Of a stretch of DNA of 64,000 bases, positions 62,014 through 64,000 are shown piece by piece. This stretch comes from Chrysomallon squamiferum. Taxonomy: Eukaryota; Animalia; Mollusca. The stretch's first letter is position 1; each line of letters starts with the position of its first letter. The stretch is from NCBI GenBank assembly GCA_012295275.1, contig CM022676.1:5580001-5644000 (forward strand), read 5' to 3'. A program made the translations under genes and the position numbers. The notes below the pieces were generated by a model. That model had not been told where the DNA came from and did no database searches. It worked only from the letters and a program-made list of their open reading frames with translations.

Positions 62014-63674
62014 GAAATAATAATAATAATAATAATAACACATATAGACGTACATTAATAATAATAGTAATAATAAAAAACACATAAAAGTAACAAATCT
62101 TTACTAGTAGTAGTAACAGTAGTATATGTTGTTGTTGTTGTAGTAATTTTAATAGCAGTCCAAATAGTAGTGTCCTAGTTTCTAAAGTTAGCTCAAAGGT
62201 AGACTTTAGCCAACAGAAAATCGAAGATATACGTAACTATAATTAAAGAAAATATATATTTTTTTAAGAACAATTAATAATATTAATCAAAGAATAAATC
62301 CGTTAATATTACACATAGATAGGTGACCCACAAACATACAGATAAAAACTAATAGCAACCGAATAAACAATGACAATACAAAATTCTTCCGGGTGTCAGC
62401 TTCTATTTATAGGAGCAATAAGCAAAAAGGTATGTCAAAGGTAATAGACTGATTATTCGTTGTATATGTCACTGACAACAGAAGACCGATGATAGACGTA
62501 ACTGTAATTAAGGTAAATATTTCTTTGTTTTTGTTTTCTTGTTTGTTTGTTTTACCTGACAGAGAACAGTTAAGAATAATATTAACTTAAGAACAAATCC
62601 GTTAATGTTAGGGGGACGGAGAGAAAGAGGTGACCCACAAACAGAGATAGCAGTTACTGTAAAGATCAATTTGTGATTTGTCACAACCTGTTTCTGTACG
62701 AAAAAATGAATGTAGTGTCTGTAGGTGTTTGTTTATATATATGTATGTATATATGTTTGTGTGTTTGTGTGTATATTTGTATGTATAAATATAGATATAT
62801 ATATTTATTTGTATATATTTGTATATGTAAGTATGCAAGTAATTTCTCTGTGTGAGTGTATGTGTATATAGATATGTGTATATGTGGGTATTTGTGTGTG
62901 TGTATGTGTGTATGCATATATATATTTATGTATAGGTATTTATGTATGAATATATGTATACGTATTTATGTATGTATATATATGTATGTATATCTGTAGG
63001 TAGGTATGTATGTATGGATGTATATATATATGTATCTATCTATGTATGTATGTACCTATGTATGTGTGTATGTATATATATCTGTGTGTGAGTGTGTGTG
63101 TATATATTTGTATATATATGTACGTATGTATATAATGTATGAGAGTATATATGTCTTATATATGTACGTATATGTGTTTGTATAGACACACATACGTACA
63201 TAGATACACACATACAGATATACATACATGTACACAGTAGCAGCAATAGTAATAGTAACAGCAATAATTATTATTATTATTATTGTTGTTGTTGTTGTTG
63301 TTGTTATTGTTATTTTTGTTGATGTTATTGTTATTATTGTTCTCGTTGCTGTTATTATTATTATTTTATTTGTTTTAGATTTTAATAAATATATATTACT
63401 TCAGTGTAAAAAAAACCATTTTTTTTTTCAGGAGTAAATCAAATGAACAGGTGAAAACAAACGGGAAGAAATTTAGAAATAGTTTTAACAATTCTGCGAA
63501 ATTCATATTTTTGAACACAATAAGATAAATGAAAAATAACTTCAACAAAGTATACAATTTCGATCCAGACCTATGTACAAAAAAAAAAAATCAAAAACTT
63601 AAAAACTAAACACAGGATGCAGTGATGTTGAATTTCAACCGATGACAACGTAGAAAAATAAAATTATCCAAAAT

Positions 63675-64000
63675 ATGGAAGAAAAAATTAAAAATTTAAC
63701 CGTGAGGACATCCGAAAGTGAAAACGCGAGTTTCGAACAGCAAGCAAATGAATGTTTTAAACACTACTTCCCAGATATTCTGACAAAGACTTACAGAATC
63801 CCAGCCGTTTACTTCCCTTCAGAGAATCTGAAGAAAAAAAAAGACGCGGATTACGAATTACTGGCCCAGAGTGACGAACCAACAGTCCACGGCGAAGAGG
63901 CAGAGAGACGCTTCATTGATGCTCTGGAATCTATGAAGAATTTCCGCACAGAACACATCGAAGAACCAATGATGATACTTTCCGGTTATCAATTCGAGAA
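63675..64000 (+). CDS. NERD-like nuclease/SF1 helicase copy 4 (5' part, cut by the window end)
   Basis: MEEKIKNLTVRTSESENASFEQQANECFKHYFPDILTKTYRIPAVYFP...HGEEAERRFIDALESMKNF; open to the window end; 6888 bp from the copy 3 ATG. Confidence 0.85.
   Translation, partial: MEEKIKNLTVRTSESENASFEQQANECFKHYFPDILTKTYRIPAVYFPSENLKKKKDADYELLAQSDEPTVHGEEAERRFIDALESMKNFRTEHIEEPMMILSGYQFE

Overview
AT-rich, microsatellite-dense animal genomic DNA with spliceosomal introns. A mollusc such as a cephalopod is plausible, but that is inference. There is one 200-N assembly gap at 49519-49718. The left half holds two convergent (tail-to-tail) paralogous multi-exon genes: gene A on + (550-7359) and gene B on - (about 25160-20390). 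Each is built from about 100-aa phase-1 exons encoding an unusual Ig-like beta-sandwich repeat (G-x-C-x4/5-C, H-x-G-x-W, SN-x-I..P) plus 9-66 nt micro-exons. Gene A ends in a GPI-anchor-type signal. The middle holds an internally deleted Tc1 (DD34E) transposon with intact TIRs. The right half (about 38.2-64 kb) is a tandem array of genes with intronless CDS encoding an N-terminal NERD/PD-(D/E)xK-like nuclease fused to a Schlafen-like SF1 helicase/ATPase. The array contains one intact 729-aa copy, one pseudogene, one gap-truncated copy, one copy cut by the window end, and three 3' fragments, two of them with an expanded 39-bp coding VNTR. The copies differ mostly by amino-acid-changing substitutions in the nuclease half and are flanked by NF-kB-like sites, which suggests an undescribed, rapidly evolving innate-immune effector cluster.
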